Shown here: positions 24,970-37,342 of the stretch, in pieces
Layout: every line of letters starts with the position of its first letter
How positions within the stretch are numbered: the stretch's first letter is position 1
Assembly (NCBI RefSeq): GCF_964355755.1
Contig: NC_092675.1
Coordinates: 12,023,812 to 12,087,811, forward strand
Direction of reading: 5' to 3'
Source of the DNA: Antedon mediterranea
Taxonomy: Eukaryota; Animalia; Echinodermata
DNA: 64,000 nucleotides
Notes under the pieces: model-generated
The model's input: only the letters and a program-made list of their open reading frames with translations
Databases searched by the model: none
Told to the model about the DNA's origin: nothing
Program-made: the position numbers and the translations under genes

Positions 24970-25238
24970 CTGTAATTTCTATGTTATATATAGGCTTACA
25001 GGACATCAGTGTATGCTCGTCCATGTTTTTTATTTGGTAAATAAAGGAACATCAAGCCAGTCCATCTGTATTGGAGAATATCATGCTGATACATCAATAA
25101 CTTTTTTAAAAGGTAGTCAATCTATTATTATTTATTTGTGATATTGACATGCCTGTTTGTGATATATGTAACAATGAATGCAATACCATCGCAAAATACA
25201 GATTCAATATCTGGATGATGATAATGATTTGGTACATC

Positions 25239-26557
25239 CTTCCTGTTAAATGTGGCGTTCCTCAAGGTTCTATTCTTGGTCCCCTTCTCTTCCTAATCTA
25301 CATAAATGATCTGATTTATGCCTCAAACTATTTCTCTTATGTTCTATTTGCAGATGACACTAATATCTTTCTCTCCAGCCCAGATCCTAACACTTTAATT
25401 CAAACTTTCAACCGAGAAATCCGAAACGTTTCAAACTGGTTTAAAATCAACAAGCTTTCACTAAACATCAGCAAAACAAATTACATTCACTTTTCCGGAA
25501 ATAAAAACAATAATAATGCTACAAATACAAATATCTATATCGATAATATACCCATCAAACCAGTCGACCACACCCATTTTCTTGGTGTAATTATTGATAA
25601 TAAACTGAACTGGAATCTCCATATTAATAACATATCAAACAAAATTTCAAGAACTATTGGCATACTAAATAAACTTAAATTCACTCTTCCGTCTAACATC
25701 CTTTTTTCTTTATATAATACTCTAATACTTCCACATCTCTCTTACTGCAACATTGCATGGGCAGCCACTAACTCAAAACATCGAACTCTCTGTCCATGGA
25801 CCAGCACGGAAACAACCAAAATAGACAAACTTTTCAAACTCCAAAAAAAGGCCCTTCGCATTTGCACTCTCTCAAAATACCTCTCCCACTCTAAACCTCT
25901 TTTTCACACCCTAAATACCCTAAACATTTTTGACATTAATAAATTGCAAACTGCCCTCTTCATGTTTAGGTACTCAAATAACAAACTACCATCCACTTTC
26001 AACGGTTTCTTCACTAAAAATAACGAACTACACAAATATAACACTAGGAACGCAAACAACTACATTTCCAAAAACTATAGCAGTAAGCCAATACTTAACT
26101 CTATACTACATACCGGTCCCCTACTCTGGAACTCTCTTAATCCGTCAATAACTAATAGCAAAACAAATAATACTCTAAAAATAAACTACAAATCTTATCT
26201 AATATCAAAATATAAAGTAAATTAATTATTTTGATGATATTAATAACTTATAATTAAATTTAATTAGGCAACTCATATAAATTCAGTTTGTCCTTCCTGT
26301 CGTCCTTGTCGTGTTTGTATCGTCGTACATGTCCGTCCCTGTCTGTCAGTAGCGTACCTTCACTTTGCTTATTATTATTATTTTTAACTTTTTTATTCTT
26401 TCTGGTGGATCCAGGCTTAAAGCCCCTTGGGGTTTAAATGGTATTCTCAAGGCATAATGCAACTATTTTTTACTTAATTTCCAACCACTTGTATCTTTTA
26501 TATTTTGTATATGTTTGCATTATGTGAATAAATTTGAACTTGAACTTGAACTTGAAC
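25239..26557 (+). mobile_element. 5'-truncated L2/CR1-group LINE (RT C-terminal half)
   Basis: [33 protein letters not shown] in ORF 25149-26225; 3' UTR ends AATAAA-(TTGAAC)4; ACATC duplicated at 25234-25238 and 26556-26560. Confidence 0.85.
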
Positions 26558-27420
26558 ATCATGAAGGCATTAAGTTTAATTCCATGTTCAATAGTTTTAT
26601 CTTACTTTCATGTACCTGACCCTGGTCTTTCTCCCTGTTTAGGCCATGATCTTTTTAATATGGCTTTGTTTGTAAAATACTTTATTAATAAAAGGTGGTT
26701 CACTCTTGAGGATTTGAATAGGAGGCTGGCAAAATTCCCTTTCAGAGGAATTGATGCTGCAGACATGCTAAAATCAGTACACTTTAGTGGTGAAAAATTA
26801 CATGGTCATGCAGTACAAAACTGGTATTTTCTTAGATATTTTCCAATGCTGGTATATGATTTCATCCAGGATACTAATGATTCAGTGTGGCAGTTGCTTC
26901 TAAAGTTGAAAACAATTGTGGAAATTATTGTTTCTCCTAAACTGGAAACTTCATTTGTGCCAATTCTCCGAGTCTGGGTGGAAGAATATCTTTTAGAAAG
27001 ACACAACCTTTGTCCTCAAAACTAAATCAAACCCAAACATCACTTTGTAAGCCATTATCACTTTCTAATTTATATCTTTGGACCTTTAATTAGAGTTTGG
27101 ACTTTGCGCTTTGAGTCAAAGCATTCGTTTTTCAAGCGTTGTGCTAGACATTGTCAAAATTTCATCTAACATTAACTCTGGCAGAAAGACACCAGTTACT
27201 GCAAGCGTATTCCTTTCATGGGCGTTTATTTCCAGAAAATATTCAAGTACAGACGGGCATTGCATTTTGTCCAAACCTTTATGTTAGTAGTGTTCAAGAG
27301 GCCGTAAGAAACTATGCTTTGCAATTAGAGCAGTTTCTAGTTTCTGATCAAGTCTGTATCTTTGGTACAAGCTACAAGAAATGCATGTTTGTGATGGTAC
27401 AAATTGAAGAAGACTAACAT
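26558..27420 (+). pseudogene. EnSpm/CACTA (CMC)-like transposase pseudogene (starts upstream of LINE, ~25200)
   Basis: GIKFNS.FN..YFHV..PGLSPCLGHDLF, GHAVQNW, KPKHHF..HY..FGPL..WTLRFESKHSFFK motifs broken by stops and frameshifts. Confidence 0.8.
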
Positions 27421-27734
27421 GTCGAGTTATTTGTGTTGCATATGCAAAGTTGTTAGATTATTATTCATTGTGGTCATACAAAGTTAATGGAGAATACATG
27501 GTTTCACTTAAAAGTAAACCCTACATAACATCTGTTTAGTAAAGAATGTAAGGTTTAAGACAACATTTGCTAATCATACAGTATAATGTATATAAAACAA
27601 TTGCAAAATGTATAATTAACTATATATTTTAACTTTATTTGTTGTTATATTTGGAGGGTGGGCTTCCCAGCAAAAAAAAAACTGTCTAAAAATGTGATAA
27701 CCTTTTAGCATTCATTGTATAGATATATCTGATA

Positions 27735-27968
27735 ATGATGGAAACTGATAGTGATAGTTACACAATAATTATCAGAAATGTTGAACAGGAATGTCTGAGA
27801 ATTCTACCAAACATTAAAACTGAGACAAAGGAGAACCTATTGTGTAGGCTTTTAGAAATTGGTGTGGACAGTTAAGAGGATCTACCACTAGTTAAAGAGG
27901 AAGACATAAGCGACATATTTAGGCTCATTTATATATGAAAATGGACTCAAGAATATACAGTACTAAAG
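27735..27968 (+). pseudogene. SAM-like first exon of an EnSpm accessory gene, decayed
   Basis: LLEIGVDS*EDLPLVKEEDISDIF with in-frame stop, followed by AG/GTAAAT donor. Confidence 0.45.
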
Positions 27969-28280
27969 GTAAATGAATGTAAAGATAACCCCTATTACTA
28001 AACATTATTTTATTGGTTAAATCAGAGACTGCATGATTGAAATCGAAATAATTTTATGATTATTATTATTTTTTTAAATTTAGGAATCTCATTACAATAT
28101 TGTTTTTCATTGCTTTTCAACATGTCAGTAAAATCTGAGTTATGCAGAGAAATTATATAGTACAGTATTATGGAAGTTAGTAGTACTGATCATGAAATAC
28201 AGCTTTATTGTTGCAAAAAAGTATATTATATTAGGCCCTTAAATAATTTCTTATCCTATACACATAAAAAACAAATAGTA

Positions 28281-31200
28281 CCGTATATTTCGGTGTACAA
28301 GTCGCACCTGTGTATAAGACGCACCCATAACGGAGACTGAAATATTAGTATTTCTTATGTAGTCGATGCATAAGACGCACTTATTTCTAGGGCCGAAATT
28401 TAAACATTTTACAATCAAAACAATGGTATTTTAATAATAAAACAACGATATTTGAGACATATTTATAAGAATCAAATGATATAATTTTGTTTGATTGCCT
28501 TTATTACATCGTAATCAGTCTCTACTTCAACTGAACGTTCAATGAAAAGGGAAATCCCCATATTGTTTCAGTTACGATGCACTGTGTGGGTAGGGCTAGC
28601 CTATGTCTATTTAAGCAACTTTAATTTCATATTATTTAAATATATACCTTCTTATTGTGTGTATGACCATTATAAAATAAATCCAAATGATGTTCAATTT
28701 TTTGGGCTGATAATGAACCAGGAATATCATGTTGGGTAGGCCTATATGAAAATCTTTCCTATTTCCATGCATGCATTACAGCAATATGAGGAGAGGAGAG
28801 CACTAACCATGTGCTCCTTGCCTGGTGGCCAGCACTGTTGGCCATATACCAGGGGTGGCGCCAGGATCTTCCCGACGCGGGGGCTACATTCCCCGACGAG
28901 GGGGCTATGCGAGCGAAGCGAGCATCACTAGGCTGGGGGCCAGGGGGCCGCCAAGGGCCCCCGGTGGAGGTCCAGGGGGCGAAGCCCCCGGAAGCAACGC
29001 GTTCTAGCGTCATTTGAGGTCTTTTTAATCAGATTTAGGGTAGCCATTTTTTCCATTTTTTATAATGCATAAATAAAATACTGCGTGCAAAAAAACGATG
29101 CGCGATGACTGTTTCAATCTATATTTTTCAAGTTCAAAGAAAATTTAGAAAAATAGAGTTGGAGGTCCCGGAAATTGGACTTATTATACTTCAAAACATG
29201 AAAAAAAATATATAAGTCCCTATCATGGTTGTGACTGAGCTAAGAAATGTTTGAAAAATAGAGATGTTAGGTCCCGGAAAATGTACTTCTTGTTCTTCGA
29301 AATATGACCAGCTTTATTGTTGGGGCTGAGCTAAGAAAATGTTTAAAACTAGAGCCGCAGGTCTTCAAAAAATTGCATTTTATACTTTGGAAACATCAGG
29401 CCTAGCGGCTTAAAAAACGCAAGCGTAGACCTTTTTCAGTCGGGGAAATAAGTTTATTCCTCCCAGGTGTATGCATGCGTACCATCTGGACTTCCGAGTG
29501 GTGAGAAATTCATGACATACAGGATATTGAAAATGTAATAACTATAGCTATAATAAGATGTTGGCTAAGCGAAAATGGCATGTTTTTTTGTTTAGTAATG
29601 GATGAAAAATTTATTTTAGGTGCCCCACGGTACAGAAGGTTAGGCCTACTTGTAAATCAAAAAATTGGTGAACATACGAACAATTAACATAATTCGTTTT
29701 TGCTGTAGTGTAGCGTAGCCTACGTTGACGCAGTACACGACGTAACCGTCGGTAAACTTCACCTGGAAAATATACTACAGTACACATTTTGGTCCCTGGA
29801 TGGAACATGATATCACGCGTCTCGACCCAACGTTGAACGATTCGTACAAAGGGATACCGCCAGACAAGTGCGTACCTAGCTATTGTTTTAGTAGTAAGTT
29901 AGATCGCTGGCAATAATGAATGCATATAAAGTGCATAATATCACTCTGACGTACTCTCACGGTCAATGAAACGTCACGGTTTTCTAGGCGCTGAAGCTAG
30001 CTACGAAGTGAAAGCGAACGCTTTTTACTGTACAGTATATTATATTCCCAGACAAAAAGTACACGTGTTCCCTTCGGTAACCGTCGGTAAACTTCGCCTG
30101 GAAAATAACTACATTACACATTTTGGTCCCTGGATGAAACTTGATATCACGCGTCTCGACCCAACGTTGAACGATTCGTACAAAGGGATACCGCCAGACA
30201 AGTGCGTACCTAGCTATTGTTTAGTAGTAAGTTAGATCGCTGGCAATAATGAATGCATAAAAGTGCATAATATCACTCTGACGTACTCTCACGGTCAATG
30301 GAACGTCGTGGTTTTCTAGGCGCTGAAGCTATATGAAGTGAACGCGAACGTTTTTTACTGTATATTATATTCCCCGACAAAAAGTACCCGTGTTCCCCGA
30401 CGGGGGGGGGGGGCTAGGCTCCCCGACGAGGGGGCTAGAGCCCCCGTAGCCCTCCCGCTGGCGCCACCACTGCCATATACACTATAGTTGGGTTCATATC
30501 GAACTTAGGGCGAGATAAGTACTGATCTAGTTAAATTTTACGAGAGCGGTAATTCGATTAAATTCATTAAATTGCGTTCGACGGCTCATGTTAGGGCGAG
30601 ATAACTTAAGCATCACGTGCTCGCGACCCCGCCGACACAAACAGGAAGTACAGTTGAACAGGTTAGGGCACTTTATTGTGGGCTATTCCTTGTGTGTATA
30701 CGCACCCATTCTACCACCTTCTTCTTCTTTTTCGAGTACTGCTTAACGATCCGTCGACACAATGCTTCCTCAGTTATTATTATTATCGGGGTTTTTACCT
30801 ATATTTATAGGCCGAAATTTAAACATTTTACAATCAAAACAATGGTATTTTACATATAAAACAATGAAATTGAGACATATTTATTGAATCAAATGATATA
30901 ATTTTGCTTGATTGCCTTTATTACATCGTAATCAGTCTCTACTTCAACTGAACGTTCAATGAAAAGGGAAATCCTCATATTGTTTCAGTTACGATGCACT
31001 GTGTGGTAGCCTATGTCTATTTAAGTAACTTTAATTTCATATTATTTAAATATATACCTTCTTATTGTGTGTATGACCATTATATAAAATCAATCTAAAC
31101 GATGTTCAGTTTTTAGGCTGAAAATGAAGCAGGAATATCATGAGGCCTACGGTATATGAAAATCTTTCCATTTTTTCCTATGCATGCATGCATTACAGTA

Positions 31201-31782
31201 AGGAGAGCACTAACCGTGTGCTCCTTGCCTGGCCAGCACTGTTGGCCATATACATTATGAGATTAGGGGAAGCTACTTAACACAATAACAACACACTCTT
31301 TTAGATATCGCTTGACATACAAACTATTGCCTACATAATTCTAAAATTATGTGATTGTTGACATAGAGATGTAATAAAAATAAACCACCGTGATCAAGGA
31401 AAATAGTTATTGTGTAATTAAAATGTGACACCACTGTAATTAATGGACTCTTACATAAATTTGTTGCGCTGTGATGCTGCATGCTGCTAGAATACACACC
31501 CGCGAGTTCAGAGAGTATTACTAGGCCTGGGTAGAATATCTAATGCGTACTGTAATATTAATTAATACAGTCGAGGATGACAATTTACCTTAACTAAAAA
31601 TTCAATAAACTTGTTACCACACGGTGGTTAGACAGGAGTGAGTAACTAGCTAGGCCTACCTTGCAGAGTAGTACATTATTTTTAATTAATTTAAGTATTA
31701 GTAGGTAATTAAATTAATTAGGGTAACATTTAGAGGTCAAATTTGCGTTTCAAAAGTGCGTCTTATACACCGAAATATACGG
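28281..31782. mobile_element. Non-autonomous Tc1/mariner-superfamily (Tc2/pogo-like) element
   Basis: TIRs CCGTATATTTCGGTGTACAAGTCGCAC / GTGCGTCTTATACACCGAAATATACGG, TA on both flanks. Confidence 0.75.
28850..30472. mobile_element. Non-autonomous hAT-like element (complete, 1.6 kb)
   Basis: TIRs CAGGGGTGGCGCCAG / CTGGCGCCACCACTG; 8-bp TSD CCATATAC; CCCCGACG subterminal motifs; ~310-bp internal tandem duplication. Confidence 0.85.
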
Positions 31783-32159
31783 TAGGCCTACATACACGTA
31801 CCAATTTAACTCAGCACCATTTTTATCCAAGTTTACACAGTGAAATTCTTTGGTTTAATGAAAAATATTTCCAGGAAAAAAATAAAAATCCCCAAAAAGA
31901 TTGAACTGAACTGAACATGATCTTGTGCGTTCCGAAAAGCCCGGCCGAAGCACGCGATTGGTCAGTCCATTTTTCTGTCATATTTATAACCATCATCTCT
32001 CAACAATCTCTCGATCTCACGCTCAGCAGTGACTTTGACATCGGACAATCTGTATATTCGATCGATTTAAACATAGTCAATAGAAGTAAAATGACCAAAA
32101 AATCTGCTATAATTGATAATTAATTGCACGATTTTGGAAGTGGGGCCTTTGTTTTTCAA

Positions 32160-34187
32160 GGGGGGTTCGCTGGTAAAAGGGGGGTTCGCGCAAAAGGGGG
32201 GAGGGGGGTTCGCCCGAACGCGATTTTTTTTTTCGTACATAAGTTGGGGACCCCTTCATGAAACGTCACAAAATAAACATGAATAATTCATCAGTTAAAT
32301 TTTCTTGTTCCGTGTGCACCCAAGCGTATAGCAACAAGAAGTGATTACACAATACAACTGCGATACGATTAACTACAGTACTTAGGGTATGTTCAGACTC
32401 ACGGAGTTACGGTGGAGTTATGTACGCGGCGTACATATTTTTGTGTCTGAACCATGCCGCGGATTAGCGTTAGGGAGCTGTTACTCCGCGCCAGTGGCGT
32501 TAATAACTCCAGCGGGAGAGGGTAGATTTCATAAGGCTAATCCATTGATGCATCAGTGATTTCAACCTCCGGTCAACGTCAGCCAATGAAAAGACACGAC
32601 CGCAATTAGCAGCAGTCTATTCGCGAGGTTTTTTTTAATAGCAAAACAATATTATAGCCTATTCCTCGAGCTAGTAGATCAACAGCAACATTCGAATTAA
32701 AATGAAACGTGTTACATGGAAAAGTACAGAAGTGGCTGATTTGATTTCATTATGGGGCAGCCCTGAATTTATAGACAAGATAGAACTTAGAAATTGGAAA
32801 GCTAGCGCCGGCAACAAGATGGCTGTTTTTAAAGAAATTGCATCTAAACTGCAAAATTCTTCCTGACGAAGTTGGCGTCGGCGACATGATTTCACAAAAT
32901 TAATTAAAATCATACAAATAATGGCAAAGTCATTGTCCGTGTAATAATTATGTTCGAAATTACTATCTTTCTGTAAGGATTTGCCAAAAAATCGGCAAAA
33001 AAACCATTACATTTGAAGGTACCCCCATTGTATTATATTGCTAGGCCTAGTAGTGTTGTAAATTTTCGCGCGTCACTCTCAGCTCTGTTGTTGTTATTGT
33101 GTGTATGTATCCCATCGGCCGTTTCGGTATGACGGAACTTCCGCTTTAAACGCAAGACGTTTGGAATGCTAATCGTTGTGTCTGAACACCTTGACTTTTA
33201 ACGCCACGGATTACCGTACGCCTTGCGTAGATAACTCCACCGTAACTCCGTGAGTCTGAACATACCCTACGTTTAATATCTTGCCTAGCTGTCGACTAGC
33301 CTCGACACATTTTGCATAGTGGTGTGTGTGTGTGAAGATTAAGAAGAGTGCGCGAAGGCAATCACGTGAATTGACCTAGAATCCTAGGCCTACTGTAGAA
33401 AGAATCGTATCGCAGTTTAGTTGTGCAAGACAATAAACCATGGAGGTATAAAATAAATTTATTTTATAAATTTATTTTATACCTCCATGATTAAACTAAG
33501 TAGTAATTCATTGGACATAGCCCAAAGAGAAAGCTTAGACCCACAAGAATAAAGAATGTGTATAATTTGTGTACTGTATTTTTTAAATTCGGCTATTTTA
33601 TTATCAAACAATATGCATGTACTCAAAGGAACTTTAAAAATGCGCGTATATGAACACATGAGATGGAAAGATTTGACCCACGAGAATAAAAAATGTATTT
33701 TTGTGTAATGTTTATTGTTTAATTTTGCTGACTTATTACTCGGATTGTGTCATACCAAAGATAGTGTAACTATCTTTGGTCATACCTAACACACACACGT
33801 CACACACACCCACACAGCTACTACTAGAATAGAAATGGGTTTCGTAATTCTTTATTAATAAATTATATTAAAAACACCATAAACTAAAGGCTGATTATTT
33901 CGACAATCCACACAAAACGCCGCTATTCTTCTATGAAATCGCACGCCGCAACAATCGTACCGCACTTGTGTAATCACTTCTTGTTACGCTTGGGTGCACA
34001 CGGAACAAGAACATTTTTTAAATTTTCTTGTTCCGTGTGTTGTTCATTTAAACAAAGATAGTGTAGTAGGTTAAAACTGAATTATTCATGTTTATTTTGT
34101 GACGTTTCATGAGGGGGTCGCCAACTTATGTACGAAAAAAAAAAATCGCCGCCCGAACCGCAAAAAACCCCCCTGGCTACGGGCCTG
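32160..34187. mobile_element. Foldback hAT-like element remnant
   Basis: Inverted repeats 32221-32290 vs 34078-34149 and ~32300-32350 vs ~33968-34012; right TIR CTGGCTACGGGCCTG (matching left TIR type seen at 63321); left TIR not found. Confidence 0.5.
32385..33267. mobile_element. PIF/Harbinger-like non-autonomous element with Myb/SANT gene fragment
   Basis: 37-bp TIR GGGTATGTTCAGACTCACGGAGTTACGGTGGAGTTAT; MKRVTWKSTEVADLISLWGSPEFIDKIE at 32702 resembles a Myb/SANT-like domain. Confidence 0.7.
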
Positions 34188-34934
34188 CTTAATATGAATA
34201 TTTGTGCCCAGCTTTATTGCAATTTTGTCCGTTCTTGTTGTGTCCATTCATAGGCTCTACACACAGAAATTTTACATATTTTTTGACGACTTTGAATAAA
34301 AAATGAAATATATATATATAATGAATTAAAGGCACAGACAAATTTTAAATAGGCACATGCCCCAGAACTAATTAAACTGTTTACCTTTTTACAGATTCTA
34401 CTGGAGATGCAGGTAATCAAATTAACTATATTGTCTTTTTTTATAACTGACCACTAAATTTGATTTTTTAAACTTAGATGAAAGAGGTATATTTAGTTTT
34501 TCATCAGCAACAAGTGGACGACTCATCCCAGGCGCTTCATCGGTTCCTTTTCCAGTTTGTCAGAATATTCAAGCCAGGAAGAGTATCATGATATTCCAAC
34601 ATCTTTGCCAGCACTTCCAGGTACACAATATTATGTGTGTTGTCCGACAATTAAATCACTGGTTATGGTCTTATTAAAGCAGAAGTGAGGGTTAAAAAAA
34701 ACTATTTTTTAATTAAAAATATTATCATTTGTGCCAATGTATTACCGCCGCTCGTTTTACAAAAGCAGTTAATCAGAACGAGCACTGTGAACTGGGTCCC
34801 TTTCTAAAAGTGGGTCTATAAGATTTTGACATAGTGTTATAGTCTATATATAAATTATGGTTAATTCTGACATAGGCAAGCACAATGGAAAAACTTTATA
34901 ATTTATATATAGATTCACAAGTTTTGGAGTTTAC

Positions 34935-35900
34935 GGGACGATCAGTGTGGAATGCGGTGCCCACATTATTTAACATTCCGAACCCACCACGCACTTTGAC
35001 AATTAGTCGAAAACTACCAACAAAGACCATCGAAGAAAATCTGTTAACTGTTGGAATAAACAATGTCATAAATAATGTTTTTATGTATTTTTACAATATT
35101 TATTCTGGATGGATACTTTTTGTTGTTGCAGAAAATGTTCGTTCTCATTGCAATCACACATACGCATCATCAATATCGTTTAATGCTAACTCCTACTTCA
35201 GCACATAGTGTAGGTGAAGGATGTACAACAAGTGAGTAGACTTTCTTATTATCATCATATCATTATATTCATTGTTTTGTAACAAAAGAACTGTTTAATA
35301 GTTATGTATACTCAGTGTTTATAATTAAAACATATATGTTCAATGTTTCAATATTTTTTTCTTTTTTTTAGGTACATTATCATTGCCATCTACTAGTAGT
35401 AGTAGTATACCCAGAGATTGTACTACAAAAAGTGACACCAATGGAACGGGAAAATTTCGGACTAGATCATGGCGACTTAAAGCACAAGTGAAGAAGCTGA
35501 AGTCCACCTAAAAAAAGGTCACATGGTTGATGATATCATCGGTAAGGCTAAGTGTATGCCAAAGAGAACTTTAGATTTTTTTTCCGATCAATTGAAAATA
35601 TTTAAAAGAAAACCAAAGGGGCATAGTATACCACATCACACAAACTGTTTGCAATGGCATTGCGCTATCAAGGGGCCAGAGGCTACAAGTTTTTTAGAAA
35701 AACATTCAACCTACCGCACTCAAAAGGTGGCTACGCAAAATAAAGATAGAGCCAGGTTTCAATGATGTCACATTTTCATCGTTGAAAAAACAAGTAACAA
35801 ACATGGATGATCGAGAGCGCGTATGCGTTTTGGCAATCAACGAAATGTCTATAAAATCAGCCATACATTTTGATAAGAACAATGATCGTATAGTTGACCA
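34935..35900 (+). pseudogene. THAP/P-element transposase N-terminal remnant
   Basis: NAVPTLF (THAP AVPTIF box) at ~34951; LKRWLRKIKIEPGFND..VCVLAINEMSIKSAIHFDKNNDRI at ~35720-35895; fragmented. Confidence 0.7.
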
Positions 35901-36023
35901 AGGGTCTAACAATAGACGAATGTACAATATCATGGGTGTATGTGAAACTATATTGGACATATATAATCACGCCGAGAATGTTAAAGAGTCGCTATCCAAT
36001 CGAGTTTGAACAATACCATGAAA

Positions 36024-36095
36024 GCCCCAGTGGTCTAATGGTTAGGACAGCTGCATATCAAGCAGAAGGTCCGGGTTCGAGTCTCGGTTGGGGCG
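36024..36095 (+). tRNA. tRNA-like element (anticodon ATC), probably tRNA-derived repeat/pseudogene
   Basis: Cloverleaf: GCCCCAG/TTGGGGC, GTCT/GGAC, CTGC/GCAG with loop ATATCAA, CCGGG-TTCGAGT-CTCGG; TTTTT just downstream. Confidence 0.45.
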
Positions 36096-36199
36096 ACTTT
36101 TTCTCATTCTCACAGATTTCCTCATCTTATCGTGTCAAATTAATTAAATTTCAGTATATCACCGGGCGGTTTAGAATAATGTTCTTTGCCTGTTGTGTT

Positions 36200-36204
<5 letters not shown>

Positions 36205-36242
<38 letters not shown>
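36205..36242. repeat. (TA)n microsatellite
   Basis: About 18 TA units. Confidence 0.95.
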
Positions 36243-36245
<3 letters not shown>

Positions 36246-36736
36246 AATATTTGTGGAAACAGTACGTCGGAGAAACAAAAAACACGCTCCGTATGAGAAT
36301 GACACAACACAAATCAGCTATCAAAACATTAAAGCTTGATCAACCTGTAGCCGAACATTAAAATTCAGCAGGTCACTCGATTGCAAATTTCAGAGTTATT
36401 GCAATAGACTACGATGTCAAATGGAGCGAAAAAACTCGCAAAGACAAAGAAAACCACTTGAAATTACTACTTAAAACCACAAAACTTAACATTAGGAACA
36501 TACTCACAGATCGGTAAAATTATTCCATTGACTACCTAAATTTAAGTCTCAATATTAACCACCATTTAAACTGTTATTTAAAAAGTTCTATTCCAAAATT
36601 GTTTATATCTACCAAGCTATCTTTTTTGTTTCTACTGTTACTCTCTCCACCCTCTATTCACCAGCCTGTGCCTCTTTTTGTTCTTATGTCTTTTATTCCA
36701 GTTCACTCAGGCTTAATACTATCTACTTTGTCCAAG
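36243..36736 (+). mobile_element. Penelope-like element 3' fragment (GIY-YIG endonuclease relic); continues at 56697-56750
   Basis: CNICG-QYVGETKNTLRMRMTQHKS..PVAEH*NSAGHS motif with frameshift and stop. Confidence 0.7.
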
Positions 36737-36802
36737 CAGGGGTGGCGCCAGGATCTTTCCGACGCGGGGGCTAAATTCCCCGACGCGTTATAGCGTAATT
36801 TG

Positions 36803-37342
36803 AGGCCGTTTTAATCAGATTTAGGGTACCCAATTATTTTTTTCAATTTTGTATGGTACATAAATAAAATACTGTGTGAAAAACACATTGCAAGAGGTCC
36901 GGTACGATGATTTTAAATGCAGTTTTTAAAGTTCAATATGCCTATCATAGAAAATATACGCGAACGTAAAACCTACCCACGGGCCAAGAGGTATATCGTT
37001 ATAATCGCAGAAACGTAGGCAGGTTGCTGTCTGGGGGTGCGAAAATTGTAAATGCGCGAGATATCCATGGTGTGATCTGTAAGAAAATTTGGAAAAATAG
37101 AGCTGCTAGGTCCCCGGAAATTGCAATTATACATTGATATAAAACGAAATTACAAGTCTATTAGAGAACAAGCCCACCGAGGTTGAGATAGAGCTAAGGA
37201 CATTTAAACAACTAGAGTTGTTAGGTCCCCGGATATTGGATTATAGTATTTCGAAAAAAAGAAACAAAATATATAAGGCTCCAGGACCAGCCCTACCATT
37301 AGGGTTGAGCTGCTAAGAAAATTGTGAAGAGTAGACCTGCTA
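36803..37342 (+). repeat. 540-bp direct repeat, copy 1 (copy 2 at 39181-39720) flanking the RTE
   Basis: Both copies run AGGCCGTTTTAATCAG...AGACCTGCTA; only about three substitutions seen by eye. Confidence 0.9.

Noticed and set aside
28746-29017. GC-rich overlapping ORFs
   Set aside because: Lie in the GC-rich hAT subterminal region.
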